Assembly: GCA_034678405.1 (NCBI GenBank)
Contig: JAXDBW010000042.1
Coordinates: forward strand, 136 to 64,135
DNA from: Patescibacteria group bacterium
GTDB taxonomy: Bacteria > Patescibacteriota > Patescibacteriia > UBA10025 > JAHIVO01
Reading direction: 5' to 3'
DNA length: 64,000 nucleotides
Of this stretch, positions 27,908 through 37,386 are shown one piece after another (position 1 is the first letter of the stretch; every line of letters begins with the position of its first letter). The notes beneath the pieces were generated by a model that searched no databases, was not told the DNA's origin, and worked only from the letters and a program-made list of their open reading frames with translations. The translations under genes and the position numbers were made by a program.

Positions 27908-28531
27908 TTAGTCCTCGTCGGCAGTTTCCCGGCGTTTCCGCTTGCGGGCACCGGTTCCTTTCAGGACGAAGAGTGCGACGATCGGGGCAATAATCCAGAA
28001 TGACTGAGCTGATTCGGTCGCAAATAGCTGTTTGGTTAGCGGGGCGAGCACGTCCTGGACTGTTTCGGCAGGCAAATACGAGAGAATAATACTCACCAGG
28101 AGCCCGACATGCATGATACTGAAGAGGAGTACCTGCCACCAGGGGCCAGCCGTATCGGCAGAGCCGATTGACTTCATCAGAGCTGAGCGGGTAATCACCA
28201 CGAAAAGGAAAATGAAGAGGAAGAGGAACGCCGAAATCTGCACGACGAAGATCTGCCCCAGGAGATTATGTAGCCAATCCTGGACTTGTGGTGAATTGAA
28301 GAATGGCGCATGGTCGACGAGCGCGAGCGAGACGTAGATACTGATCAAGATGACGATAATGCGGTCGCGGCCCAGGGATAATCCGTAAAGAAACGCGGCC
28401 ACAACGAAAAAGAGGATGATAAAAAGATCCCAGGTCGGTCTGGTCCAGTCGATATTTTGCATGAATTGGGCGCTACTCTGCGCGGCGTTTGCCGCTTCTT
28501 GAGCGTAGGCCACAGGAATTAATCCCAGCAT
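27908..28531 (-). CDS. Hypothetical integral membrane protein
   Basis: 207 aa with a signal-peptide-like N-terminus, about 4 TM segments and a basic C-terminus. Confidence 0.5.
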   Translation of the reverse strand: MLGLIPVAYAQEAANAAQSSAQFMQNIDWTRPTWDLFIILFFVVAAFLYGLSLGRDRIIVILISIYVSLALVDHAPFFNSPQVQDWLHNLLGQIFVVQISAFLFLFIFLFVVITRSALMKSIGSADTAGPWWQVLLFSIMHVGLLVSIILSYLPAETVQDVLAPLTKQLFATESAQSFWIIAPIVALFVLKGTGARKRKRRETADED

Positions 28532-28624
28532 CCTCCGAAAAATTTTTGGTTTTTAATTCGAACAGTTATGAGTATAGCATAAAAAAGCACTTTTTTCAAG
28601 CTATACCTTGTGTGTAACTACTGA

Positions 28625-29746
28625 CTACGACTGATTGAGCTCCTCGAGGAGCTGCTTTTGTTTACGCGAAAGCTTCGTCGGTGTCACCACCTGGACGGTC
28701 ACGAGATGGTCTCCTCGTCCGCGAGTGCGTAAATGAGGCACCCCTTTTTCTGATAGTTTAAACACTTTGCCTGACTGTGTGCCAGCGGGCACCTTCAGCA
28801 TGACTTCACCATCCAGGGTTTCCACAGGGATCTTGTCCCCGAGGGCGGCCTGGCTAAATGAGAGCTCGGCAGTCGAGCGAATATCATCGCCGTCTCGGTC
28901 AAACTGCGGATCTGGCTGGACTCGGACGGTGATATAGAGATCCCCCGCCTGACTACCCCGCACACCGACTTCGCCTTTGCCCGACAACCGAATTGTTTCG
29001 CCGTCGCTGATGCCAGCGGGAATTTTCACTCGGACCGTTTCTTCTTCTTTTACCCGGCCCTCGCCGTTACATTTTGTACATTTCTTCTCGGGCTTCTTCC
29101 CCTCCCCATGACAATCCGGACAAATGCTGGCCGTGCGAAACTGGCCGAGAATCGTCTGCTGGACCCGGGCGACTTGGCCCTGTCCCCCGCAGGTCTGGCA
29201 CGTCTCTATCTTCGTGCCCGGCTCAGCGCCATTTCCGCCACACTTCAAGCAGGCGACGTGGGTATAGAGCGAGATGTCTGTCTCGGCGCCGAAGACCGCC
29301 TCGCGAAACGGTAGCTGCATATCCATCTGGATGTCCTGGCCCGACGTCCGGGCACTCCGCCCACCGCTGCGGCGGCCGAAACCGAAAATATCCCCGAAGA
29401 TATCACCAAAATCACCGAAGTCATACTCAACTCGCTGACCCTGTCCCTGACCACCACCAAATGGTCCTCCCGCGCCACCAGCGGCACGGGCAAAGTCCTC
29501 CCAATTAAACCCCTGACCACGGGCACCGGCTTGCTGCTCATAGCCGGGACCAAACTGATCATAGCGCTGCCGGCGCTCAGCATTGCCGAGCACCTGGTAG
29601 GCACCGTTAATTTCCTTAAACTTCGCTTCGTCTCCATCCGGTTTGTCCGGGTGGTATTTGTGCGCGAGCTTGCGGTAGGCCTTCTTTATTTCGTCTGCCG
29701 AGGCGTCTTTCGCGACACCCAGAATCTCATATAAATCTTTTGACAT
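28625..29746 (-). CDS. dnaJ: Molecular chaperone DnaJ
   Basis: J-domain (YEILGV...HPD), G/F-rich linker, and four CxxCxGxG zinc-finger repeats. Confidence 0.95.
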   Translation of the reverse strand: MSKDLYEILGVAKDASADEIKKAYRKLAHKYHPDKPDGDEAKFKEINGAYQVLGNAERRQRYDQFGPGYEQQAGARGQGFNWEDFARAAGGAGGPFGGGQGQGQRVEYDFGDFGDIFGDIFGFGRRSGGRSARTSGQDIQMDMQLPFREAVFGAETDISLYTHVACLKCGGNGAEPGTKIETCQTCGGQGQVARVQQTILGQFRTASICPDCHGEGKKPEKKCTKCNGEGRVKEEETVRVKIPAGISDGETIRLSGKGEVGVRGSQAGDLYITVRVQPDPQFDRDGDDIRSTAELSFSQAALGDKIPVETLDGEVMLKVPAGTQSGKVFKLSEKGVPHLRTRGRGDHLVTVQVVTPTKLSRKQKQLLEELNQS

Positions 29747-29810
29747 AGTGTTGGACTATCTCCCTGAACCACGAAGTATACGTATTTTATCCCAGACAGT
29801 CAATACCCTC

Positions 29811-30869
29811 CTATAACGTGACTTTCTCTACCTCGGTCTGGACTTTCGTAATCTTGATGAAATGCAACCATTTCAGTATCTGATAGACGAGGAGACTAAA
29901 TGCTTTGATCAGTTCGCGATAGACTATGGAAAAAACATTCAAAACAAAAAATAAACTCAAGGCAAGCAACGCCGGAATAAATTTCTGATAGGGCTGCACA
30001 AACTGATTTACTTTTTTCGTCACAATCTTCCTGACGACTGTATCCATAGTGTCAGACCCGGCGGCCTGGATATCAAACGTGTTGAGAAATTCCTGACGCC
30101 CCTGTGCTACGATTTCGTTGCTGGCCGCATCAAGCCCGGCTTTAATCTGTTCATCCAGAGCTCTGATTTCTGGTGTGACATTGTCTATTTTGTCTACCCC
30201 CTGCGACTTGAGCTGATCGATGCGGGTGATATTAGCGATAAATGCATCGAGGCTCAGATCCTTATCATAGCCGTTGCCATAGACATTTTCGAGTGTGAAA
30301 TTTACGGTGCTCATGCTCGTATCAACTAATCCATTGACAATGCGATCCTCCGCATTGGGCTGATCAATGAAGTATCCGTAGTACATCACCGAGCTGGCGA
30401 GAAGGATGATCGTCACGGCGCCTTTCAGCCCGGTGTCCAGCGTCTTCTGCGGTTTAAACGTCGTGCGCGTCTTCAAGTCGTCATTGATAGACCGGCGCCA
30501 GAGAAGGAAACCAAGCATCATGATAAGCGCGGCAATCAATGTCCAAACCGAAAAACCAAAAAAGACAAAACTGGTCAGTGCCGCCACGATGATTGTGAGG
30601 AGAATCATGAGCCGCTTCGTCACGAGCACCTCCGTCAGGGCCACCATAGCAAACATCAAACAGAAAGCCAGCAGTGTACTAACGACGGTTAGGATATTAT
30701 TCAGACTAAATGTGAAGGCAACATTGTGGAGTGCGTTATTCCACGCGAGCCAAAAGACGGCGGTCGACACAACCATCAGGCCAAACAGCGTCAACACCTT
30801 GTGCCCAGGCTGTGATGGGACGAAGTCTTTGAGGGATGGTATTTCTTTTTTTTCCTGTTCGACGCGCAT
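29811..30869 (-). CDS. Hypothetical integral membrane protein
   Basis: 352 aa with multiple TM helices. I see no recognised motif. Confidence 0.5.
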   Translation of the reverse strand: MRVEQEKKEIPSLKDFVPSQPGHKVLTLFGLMVVSTAVFWLAWNNALHNVAFTFSLNNILTVVSTLLAFCLMFAMVALTEVLVTKRLMILLTIIVAALTSFVFFGFSVWTLIAALIMMLGFLLWRRSINDDLKTRTTFKPQKTLDTGLKGAVTIILLASSVMYYGYFIDQPNAEDRIVNGLVDTSMSTVNFTLENVYGNGYDKDLSLDAFIANITRIDQLKSQGVDKIDNVTPEIRALDEQIKAGLDAASNEIVAQGRQEFLNTFDIQAAGSDTMDTVVRKIVTKKVNQFVQPYQKFIPALLALSLFFVLNVFSIVYRELIKAFSLLVYQILKWLHFIKITKVQTEVEKVTL

Positions 30870-30966
30870 GTATTGACAAATGCTACTAATACCAGTAGTG
30901 TACTATAGATTCGGTCAAATTAAAAATCGTACATACCACACATACTTCAAATACAGGAGGTGCACT

Positions 30967-31335
30967 GTGCATCAAGACGGCACACAGTACTATCGTTGCA
31001 TCAAACCGCTAACTAAGAATGCGGTGATATTCTGCGCCGGCCACCAGTATCTACGACGCCTGCCTGGTGCAGGAAGCGTCTCACTGGACAAAACCGGGGG
31101 CGGGGTGATTGCTCTCTCCGATGAAGAGCTGGTCCAGCACTTCGTACCGGTATTTTCGGTTCGATGTACCTATGAGTACACGATCATGCGTGAGCCGGTA
31201 TTCCGCAAGGGTGGGATGTACTGGGCTCGTTCGTCGGATACCACGGACGATGTCCATATCTACCCGGGCCGGCAGGATGCGGTCGTCACCCTTTCCGCGC
31301 AGACTTTCAAAAAACATTTCACCGTGTCTGCCTGA
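30967..31335 (+). CDS. Hypothetical protein
   Basis: AGGAGG lies 6 nt upstream of the GTG at 30967. The ORF track extends this frame upstream to 30880, but that part has no RBS. Confidence 0.4.
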   Translation: MHQDGTQYYRCIKPLTKNAVIFCAGHQYLRRLPGAGSVSLDKTGGGVIALSDEELVQHFVPVFSVRCTYEYTIMREPVFRKGGMYWARSSDTTDDVHIYPGRQDAVVTLSAQTFKKHFTVSA

Positions 31336-31354
31336 TCGACGGTGTCCAGGCGAT

Positions 31355-31393
31355 CAAAAAACCCGAGCGACTAACTATCGCCCGGGTCTTTTA
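31355..31393. terminator. Bidirectional rho-independent terminator between convergent genes
   Basis: AAAAAA-CCCGAGCGA...TCGCCCGGG-TCTTTTATT. Confidence 0.6.
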
Positions 31394-31405
31394 TTGTATC
31401 GGAAC

Positions 31406-31708
31406 TTACGCCGTCCGAAATCCGATTTCCGAACCAGGCGCCTGCGCTTCCTCGATCTTACCAAATTTGTCTTCGTACTTCTTGATATTTTCCTCGAGCG
31501 CCTTATAGATGCGTTTCATATGTCCGGGGCTGGTAATCACCCGGGCATTCACCACGCCGGCTCGCTGATGCGCGTAGACATTCATAAAGTCGAGGACAAA
31601 CTCCTCCTTCGAGTGTGAGACGCCCATCGCGTTTGAATACACGCCTTTCAGGGTCGCGTCATCAATCTTGATATTGATTTGCTGTTGATTATTCTGCTGG
31701 CCATTCAT
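31406..31708 (-). CDS. DUF3467-family protein
   Basis: GVYSNAMGVSHSKEEFVLDF...RVITSPGHMKRIYKALEENIKKYEDKFGKI matches the DUF3467 consensus (GIYSNLA..HS..EFVLDF ... P.HAKRL..AL..NI.KYE..FG.I). Confidence 0.75.
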   Translation of the reverse strand: MNGQQNNQQQINIKIDDATLKGVYSNAMGVSHSKEEFVLDFMNVYAHQRAGVVNARVITSPGHMKRIYKALEENIKKYEDKFGKIEEAQAPGSEIGFRTA

Positions 31709-31835
31709 ACAGTCAGATATATTACTAATAATATCTGTATCATAGCGAGCGACGGAGTATTTGACAAATCGGGCAATTCGCCAGTAGGCTGAAGGTAGAC
31801 ATTGCTCGTATCAATCTCAAACAGTGAGGTGACAT

Positions 31836-32154
31836 ATGCCACATCGATTACCTATAGCGCGCATTGTGTTCCAGCGACGACGCATCATGATCCGGGCTGG
31901 CGCCCGCCGCTTCTCTATCCACACCGGTGGGGTACACCGGATACGCTTCAGCTCGCATGACGAGCCGCAGCACGTCCGCCTCGGACCGCATCATCGCACG
32001 GTGCATCTCCACGCGCCGATCGTCCATGCCATCCACTGCTGAGCCACAAATCACCAGTAGCCGGTCTGTGTCTGGCTACGGCTACCCGACGGGGCCGCTT
32101 GGTTCCTCCACCGCCTGAGCTCTTCTCCACATTTGGAGCTCAGGCGATTTTTTT
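31836..32154 (+). other. GC-rich, apparently non-coding segment ending in a strong intrinsic terminator. Possible ncRNA of unknown class.
   Basis: The only ORFs are Arg/His-rich and appear on both strands, which is typical of spurious translation of GC-rich RNA. Terminator GCCTGAGCTC...GAGCTCAGGC plus T7 at 32113-32154. Confidence 0.3.
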
Positions 32155-32255
32155 ATCCATCGAAAATCATTGACAGGGGCCATGGGGGCACGGTATGGTA
32201 ACTATGTAAATACATACAGCCCTTCACACCCCAAAAAAAATAAGGGAGGTATCCC

Positions 32256-32660
32256 ATGACAGGAGGTATGTCGGCGGCAGATGCCACAGACCGTGCTCAG
32301 CTGAGCATTGATTTTACGCTGCCCACCTTCAGTATCGACGACCACGGCGTCAGCCCATCCGTGAATGATGGTGTCATCATCAATCACATCGAGCTGACGG
32401 AATTCGATGAACTCGCGATTCATGTCGCATCCCATCACATCACCGCATCCCCCGCCACTACGGTTTCGCTATCCGAGATACTCGATGGTACCGTCATTAT
32501 CCGCGCCACGGATGACCGTGATGAGCTCATCCTCTGCAATGCGGATGATTACAGCGGTTCGAAATTCCTCGCCATCCATCAGAGTACTCTGCAGACTATC
32601 GGCGCGCATTTCGGCGTCAATCCCGAGACTATTCTCTCCATCTGTCCCGCTCCGTCATAA
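32256..32660 (+). CDS. Hypothetical protein
   Basis: AAGGGAGG RBS 7 nt upstream of the ATG. 134 aa. Confidence 0.5.
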   Translation: MTGGMSAADATDRAQLSIDFTLPTFSIDDHGVSPSVNDGVIINHIELTEFDELAIHVASHHITASPATTVSLSEILDGTVIIRATDDRDELILCNADDYSGSKFLAIHQSTLQTIGAHFGVNPETILSICPAPS

Positions 32661-32801
32661 GCACGCCGTGCTACTCCCCTACGCACATAATCCACGGCCC
32701 GTCTCAACCATATAGTATGAGCGGGCCTTTGCTATTGACAAAGTACGATACTCATGATAGAATCGCACATTACTACTGTATATGAAACCAAGGAGGTATT
32801 C

Positions 32802-33056
32802 ATGAATCGGTACGCTCTCCTCGTAGTAATTCTCGCTCTTTCGATCTTGCTGCTGTTCGTAACCACGGTCACCGGACCCTTTGGAAAAAACGCACTGGCC
32901 AACTGTATCAATCAGTTGTCCTATGTGGTCAATGATTTTGGTTACGTCGCAGAAAGTGTTGATGGCCGCAATGCAGTCATCAAAATCATCGCGCTCCTGG
33001 CCGCGATCACATCACTGCTCTGCATCATCGTATCAAAACCGCAGGGATCGCACTAA
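32802..33056 (+). CDS. Small membrane protein (2 TM)
   Basis: AAGGAGG RBS with the ATG at 32802, and a terminator directly after the stop. Confidence 0.55.
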   Translation: MNRYALLVVILALSILLLFVTTVTGPFGKNALANCINQLSYVVNDFGYVAESVDGRNAVIKIIALLAAITSLLCIIVSKPQGSH

Positions 33057-33058
33057 CC

Positions 33059-33100
33059 AGCAGGCACTCATCGGACGAGCGCCTGCTTTGATTTTTATTT
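33059..33100 (+). terminator. Rho-independent terminator
   Basis: AGCAGGC...GCCTGCT followed by TTTGATTTTTATTT. Confidence 0.7.
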
Positions 33101-33177
33101 GACGCGAGTAACTGAGATGGGGTAGGCTGGATCTGAAATTCGGTCGTCTGACACTACGGCCGAGCTTCATGCTCTAT

Positions 33178-33229
33178 CCCCCCGCGTATCCACTTCTGTC
33201 TGGTTGATGGGTACGCGGGGACTTTTTTT
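33178..33229 (+). terminator. Rho-independent terminator (second in the series)
   Basis: CCCCCGCGTA...TACGCGGGG followed by ACTTTTTTT. Confidence 0.6.
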
Positions 33230-33345
33230 AGCCCAACTTGACAGCGACATAGAACTGCGCTACGCTAGTTTCTCACATATAGATCATTCTTTCGGATTTA
33301 CATAAAAGCCCCCCTCTGAGCCTTTTCAGGCTCAGCCCTGCGTGT

Positions 33346-33400
33346 AGTGGGACCGTGCAGACAGCATTTCCGGATGCTCGAGCGGTCCCACTCTTTTTTA
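33346..33400 (+). terminator. Rho-independent terminator (third in the series)
   Basis: AGTGGGACCG...CGGTCCCACT followed by CTTTTTT. Confidence 0.6.
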
Positions 33401-33404
33401 TATA

Positions 33405-33433
33405 TTGACGAAGAAACGGCGTCGTGCTACTAT
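33405..33433 (+). promoter_or_regulatory. Sigma70-like promoter for the 33531 operon
   Basis: TTGACG, a 17-nt spacer, then TACTAT. It lies about 95 nt upstream of the GTG start. Confidence 0.5.
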
Positions 33434-33530
33434 CGGTAGTTCCGATGTATATATGCATCGGGTTTTCAACACACGCAAAAGCGAACATTTGACATAACCA
33501 ACAAACCCAAACCAATACGGAGGTACATTC

Positions 33531-34544
33531 GTGAAACGATTCAGTATTATGGTGTTATTGCTCGTACCACTGGTGCTCTCGCAGCGCCTCTCCGCCGCCC
33601 CCGATTCGATCAAGGTCACCTTTGACCGTAATGAAGGTATGGCGGCCTGGGACCGGATCGTCCGCATCCAGGGAGATGCCATCGCAGCTATGGTCGGCAG
33701 TCAACTGGCGGACTCAACCAGTATCATTACCGTCATATCAAATGCTGACGGCGTCCAATACCGGACGAATCATCAGAAACAGAATACGGTCATGACTGAG
33801 GAACGGGCCGTCACCGCGACCACCCTGCTCGAGTACTACTGTGCCGATCTCAGCCGAGTTCGCGTCGTGCCGCTCATGAATCAGGCGGACACCGGATCAG
33901 AATATCGGTACATCATTTTCAAGTATGCGAGTCACCGGCCGGGCACGTCAGCGATAGAACCGTTTGGGGGCTCGCGAGAAGCAGTTCGTGAACATGAACG
34001 ACGGTCAGACATAGCGCCGATCCGTCCCACGCCTCCCGTGTCGACTCCCCCGGCCAAATCAACTCCTGATACGTGCTGCACGTATACCGCATTGTGGCTG
34101 GGCACTGGACTCAACTACAGCCCCTTGGAAAAAGTGCTGCCGCACATCCAGGCTGAATGGGGTACAGAGCGACTGCGGTTGATAGCGGCGGTCAGCTATT
34201 CAGTCTACCAGGAGGATAAAAACTTCGCTGGAGACGAGCTACAGGTAAGCTATCGCTCAGTAGCCGGCGGTATTGCCTGGCAGGCAGTACCACACAGCCA
34301 GTTTGACCTGGTGGCGCTCTGGCAACGAAACGAGGAGTATGCCGTCGACTACGGCCGCTACGCCCGCAAGCTGGAAGGGCCGGCCATCGGTATACGACTA
34401 CAACTGACCGACTATCTGGAGATGACCGGTCTGTGGACCCCCAGCGAGGAACAGGTACGCGGCCGCGACGAAGTCGTCTGGGATACCGGTAAGATGTACC
34501 TCGGCCTGTCCGCGTTCATTCGTTTGACAGGAGGTGACCGATGA
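33531..34544 (+). CDS. Secreted protein, possibly with an OmpA-like N-terminal region and a beta-rich C-terminal half
   Basis: GTG start, and a signal peptide MKRFSIMVLLLVPLVLSQRLSAA. The C-terminal half has an alternating hydrophobic pattern. The OmpA assignment is weak. Confidence 0.5.
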   Translation: MKRFSIMVLLLVPLVLSQRLSAAPDSIKVTFDRNEGMAAWDRIVRIQGDAIAAMVGSQLADSTSIITVISNADGVQYRTNHQKQNTVMTEERAVTATTLLEYYCADLSRVRVVPLMNQADTGSEYRYIIFKYASHRPGTSAIEPFGGSREAVREHERRSDIAPIRPTPPVSTPPAKSTPDTCCTYTALWLGTGLNYSPLEKVLPHIQAEWGTERLRLIAAVSYSVYQEDKNFAGDELQVSYRSVAGGIAWQAVPHSQFDLVALWQRNEEYAVDYGRYARKLEGPAIGIRLQLTDYLEMTGLWTPSEEQVRGRDEVVWDTGKMYLGLSAFIRLTGGDR

Positions 34545-35107
34545 AACGTGTAGCATTCCTCTGCTGCCTGGCTGTCCTGGGCATGCTCATCAGCTGCGCT
34601 GAGAAGTTGCCGACGCCGACATCGCCCGATGTCGACACCCTCTATGTCGACGATACGACTACAATCTACGACTCGACCACGACGGCCGATACGCTGATTG
34701 ACACGATCTATATCGATGACACGCTCGTCATCTATGATACGACGATTATCGTGGACACCGTCGGGACTGACACCGTGACGGTCGTGGACACGATCTACAT
34801 CGACTCTACTACCACCGAGCCGTACTGCGGTACGCTCGATAGTAAATCGAAGCAGATCAAGTGGTTTGTCCCGCTCGAGCCGGGCCTGTATACCTTCCGT
34901 TTCTTCGGCTCGACTGACCGAGACAAACCCGAACAGCAGCTGACGGTCACGATCGGTAACACTCCCTGCGAATGGCCGATCGCCAGCCAACCGGAGCTGA
35001 CGCTCACCTTCACTGCTACATCTAGCCGCTGGGTCGTCATCACGGCTAATCCGCCGCCCGCCCGTGGGCACGCGATTCAGATCTGTCTCGAGATCCAGAA
35101 AACATAA
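34541..35107 (+). CDS. Lipoprotein with tandem D-T-I-Y-I-D-D-T-type repeats
   Basis: Lipobox LISC. The start overlaps the upstream stop (ATGA). Imperfect 21-24-nt coding repeats at 34621-34810. Confidence 0.6.
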   Translation: MKRVAFLCCLAVLGMLISCAEKLPTPTSPDVDTLYVDDTTTIYDSTTTADTLIDTIYIDDTLVIYDTTIIVDTVGTDTVTVVDTIYIDSTTTEPYCGTLDSKSKQIKWFVPLEPGLYTFRFFGSTDRDKPEQQLTVTIGNTPCEWPIASQPELTLTFTATSSRWVVITANPPPARGHAIQICLEIQKT

Positions 35108-35131
35108 CATTGCTCATACACACCCATTACC

Positions 35132-35162
35132 CAGGGGAGGCACCGCCTTCCCTGTTTTTTTA
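35132..35162 (+). terminator. Rho-independent terminator
   Basis: CAGGGGAGG-CACCG-CCTTCCCTG followed by TTTTTTTATT. Confidence 0.7.
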
Positions 35163-35241
35163 TTAACCCTCTTGACATAAGCGACTCAAATAGCGCAGGA
35201 TGGAGAAAAGCGCTCATCAAATGCAGCACGTGGAGGCAAGG

Positions 35242-35382
35242 ATGCCTGATATACTCAAGGTTCTGATCGCGTTTGTGATCGTGGCAGTGGTTGCGGTAGC
35301 CGGATGCGGCGGATTCTTCACCTATATTATCTACTCCGGCAATCGTAAAAATAGCCGTGAAGCAAATAAATCCGAACTATAG
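35242..35382 (+). CDS. Small single-TM protein (46 aa)
   Basis: GGAGG 8 nt upstream of the ATG at 35242, and a terminator downstream. Confidence 0.4.
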   Translation: MPDILKVLIAFVIVAVVAVAGCGGFFTYIIYSGNRKNSREANKSEL

Positions 35383-35433
35383 GTTCGACCGCCCGGTCCT
35401 CGGATATAATCGAGGACGTAGTACCATCGAAAC

Positions 35434-35471
35434 AGCCGCTGTGGGTTCTACTCCCAGAGCGGCTTTTTTTA
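35434..35471 (+). terminator. Rho-independent terminator
   Basis: AGCCGCT...AGCGGCT followed by TTTTTTTAT. Confidence 0.7.
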
Positions 35472-35480
35472 TATAAGATG

Positions 35481-35517
35481 AAAAAACTCGGCCTACTGAT
35501 ATACATCAATAGGCCGA
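35481..35517 (-). terminator. Rho-independent terminator for the minus-strand gene 35544-35867
   Basis: Minus strand: TCGGCCTATTGATGTATATCAGTAGGCCGA followed by GTTTTTTC. Confidence 0.6.
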
Positions 35518-35543
35518 TACTCAGATTTCCACAGCTGGCCCGA

Positions 35544-35867
35544 TCAGGCCGGCGGCTGCCAGGTGAGCTTGGCCAGGCGAGCCGCCTGGACGAGCTGCTG
35601 ATACGGGGTAAGCAGTCCGTACCAGCTTCCCTGGGTCTTCTTCAACGACGTGCGTGCGTCATCGATCTGTTTCCAGATACTGACGATCAGGTCGGTCGTC
35701 ACCGTCTGGCCGTTGCTGGTCAGAGCCTGCAGCATCTTCACCGCGATGTCGTGCTGCTCCCGCTCCTGAAGCACGAGATTCTCCTTGGCGAACCGCACGC
35801 TGAGGAATTCCTTAATCGGGATGAGTGCATGGATGGCCTCACCCAGCGTCAGTTTCATTTTCGGCAT
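35544..35867 (-). CDS. Hypothetical protein
   Basis: 107 aa ORF with a terminator downstream. Confidence 0.45.
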   Translation of the reverse strand: MPKMKLTLGEAIHALIPIKEFLSVRFAKENLVLQEREQHDIAVKMLQALTSNGQTVTTDLIVSIWKQIDDARTSLKKTQGSWYGLLTPYQQLVQAARLAKLTWQPPA

Positions 35868-36001
35868 GGTCTGTGTCCTTTCTGCCGTATAGGGGTTTGG
35901 TGATAGTAAGGGCTATGTTATATGACAGGCCAGTATATGCTAAAACCGACCAGCCGTCAAGGACTTGGGTGGTATAGATGAAAAAATATACTGCTCTACT
36001 C

Positions 36002-36445
36002 CTATTTGCTAACCCCTTGCCAAAAGTCCCGGCTCTCTCCCGCATAATATACCAGAGCGGCGGCGAGCGACTGTGCGCTGACTCCTATCGATGAGTGCTG
36101 CGGCGGCAGATATACCATATGGCTCCCGCGCAGATAGCAGCCGGTCGAGCTCCACTGCATCGTATTAACTGATAGCGTTTCATCAAATACCGGACAGTGC
36201 GCCTGCCTGATATGATCTATCTGCTCACACACGAGCACGTAGCCCGCTGGATCATTGCTTTTGATTTTTTTCAATATCGAACGGATCTCATCATCACTCG
36301 TCCCAGCAATGCTCCCACTGATATCAATCACGCAACGATGCCCGATATCCACATACCCAGTCATCGCCCGCCAGCCAAGCCATGCTCCGCCGCAGACGAG
36401 AACAATAACAATCAACCATATGCCTCGAAATATTATTCGTTTCAT
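36002..36445 (-). CDS. Hypothetical membrane-anchored protein (paralog of 36442-36915)
   Basis: N-terminal TM segment. It shares the motif Y(A/V)(F/L)VC(Q/E)(R/Q)(V/I) with its neighbour. Confidence 0.45.
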   Translation of the reverse strand: MKRIIFRGIWLIVIVLVCGGAWLGWRAMTGYVDIGHRCVIDISGSIAGTSDDEIRSILKKIKSNDPAGYVLVCEQIDHIRQAHCPVFDETLSVNTMQWSSTGCYLRGSHMVYLPPQHSSIGVSAQSLAAALVYYAGESRDFWQGVSK

Positions 36446-36915
36446 GGGGCCAATGGATTATAGTGATCGGAAATCAAGTGCATACTCGCAAAACCACGCG
36501 CATAGCACTCCTGCTCATCATATGATCGCGACTCCTCAAACTGCGACACATGGCATGATTCATGCACAATAATACTGCTCGTCCAGAGGACGTCTTTATT
36601 CGACGTTGATATGTCAATCCGCTTACCCGATTCACCGTTTGACGGCGGACGAAAACAGCCGCCCCACACAGTGCCGCCACATGCGAAATTGGGATTGATG
36701 TAGTGCACCCGCTGGCACACAAATGCGTAGTTTTCCGGATCGCCATATTTTAGCAGGTGCAGCCCTTGCTTAACCGTCGCATTATTAAACTCGAGTATCG
36801 AGGGTGCGATGAAAATACGACACGACGCGCCGGAGTCTATATACACATACTGCCACCAGATAAACCCTCCGATGACTACCAGGGCAATGCTGATGTTGCG
36901 TAGCTTATGACTCAT
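36442..36915 (-). CDS. Membrane-anchored HExxH protein (SprT-like putative zinc metallopeptidase)
   Basis: IIVHESCHVSQFEE. The H-E-x-C-H motif is reminiscent of the SprT/WLM families. N-terminal TM segment. Confidence 0.45.
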   Translation of the reverse strand: MSHKLRNISIALVVIGGFIWWQYVYIDSGASCRIFIAPSILEFNNATVKQGLHLLKYGDPENYAFVCQRVHYINPNFACGGTVWGGCFRPPSNGESGKRIDISTSNKDVLWTSSIIVHESCHVSQFEESRSYDEQECYARGFASMHLISDHYNPLAP

Positions 36916-37369
36916 GAGATGTCAGTTGTTGACGAAGTTGGCTATACCCCTTCTCTGCAGCCCACCGACTGTACTCCACGAGTGCTATCGTGCACAGCAC
37001 CAGCGTATAGTACAGCGCCCCGTACACCAAATAGCTGACTGCGGCGAGTAGATACGCAAGTACCATGAATTGATACCAGTACATCCAGGGGGTCAGTATA
37101 CCTGCGCTTATGCGCAGATCTCGGCGCAGCCGCTGCGATTGCTGAAACTTGAATTCGCCGATCATGGCCGGGATGATGAACGCGGCCATCATGATACCGA
37201 CCGCGACGATGCTGGCGGTAGCACCAATATGACGCGAAATCCAATTGCCAATATGCTCACCCTGACCCCATATCGCTGCCAACGCATAAATAGAAATCCT
37301 CCGCATATGTGCTGCATACACGGCGGTACTATGCATGTTATCAAGCTGAATAATAGTCTGATTCCCCAT
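36905..37369 (-). CDS. Hypothetical integral membrane protein
   Basis: 154 aa with about 4 TM segments. Confidence 0.45.
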   Translation of the reverse strand: MGNQTIIQLDNMHSTAVYAAHMRRISIYALAAIWGQGEHIGNWISRHIGATASIVAVGIMMAAFIIPAMIGEFKFQQSQRLRRDLRISAGILTPWMYWYQFMVLAYLLAAVSYLVYGALYYTLVLCTIALVEYSRWAAEKGYSQLRQQLTSHES

Positions 37370-37386
37370 AAAAAGACAAGTCTCTT

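Noticed and set aside
31836-32130. Arg/His-rich ORFs on both strands of the GC-rich element (31836-32042 on plus, 31848-32054 and 31948-32130 on minus)
   Set aside because: They overlap each other mutually, have extreme Arg/His/Ala composition, and lack usable RBSs. They are more consistent with a non-coding GC-rich RNA.
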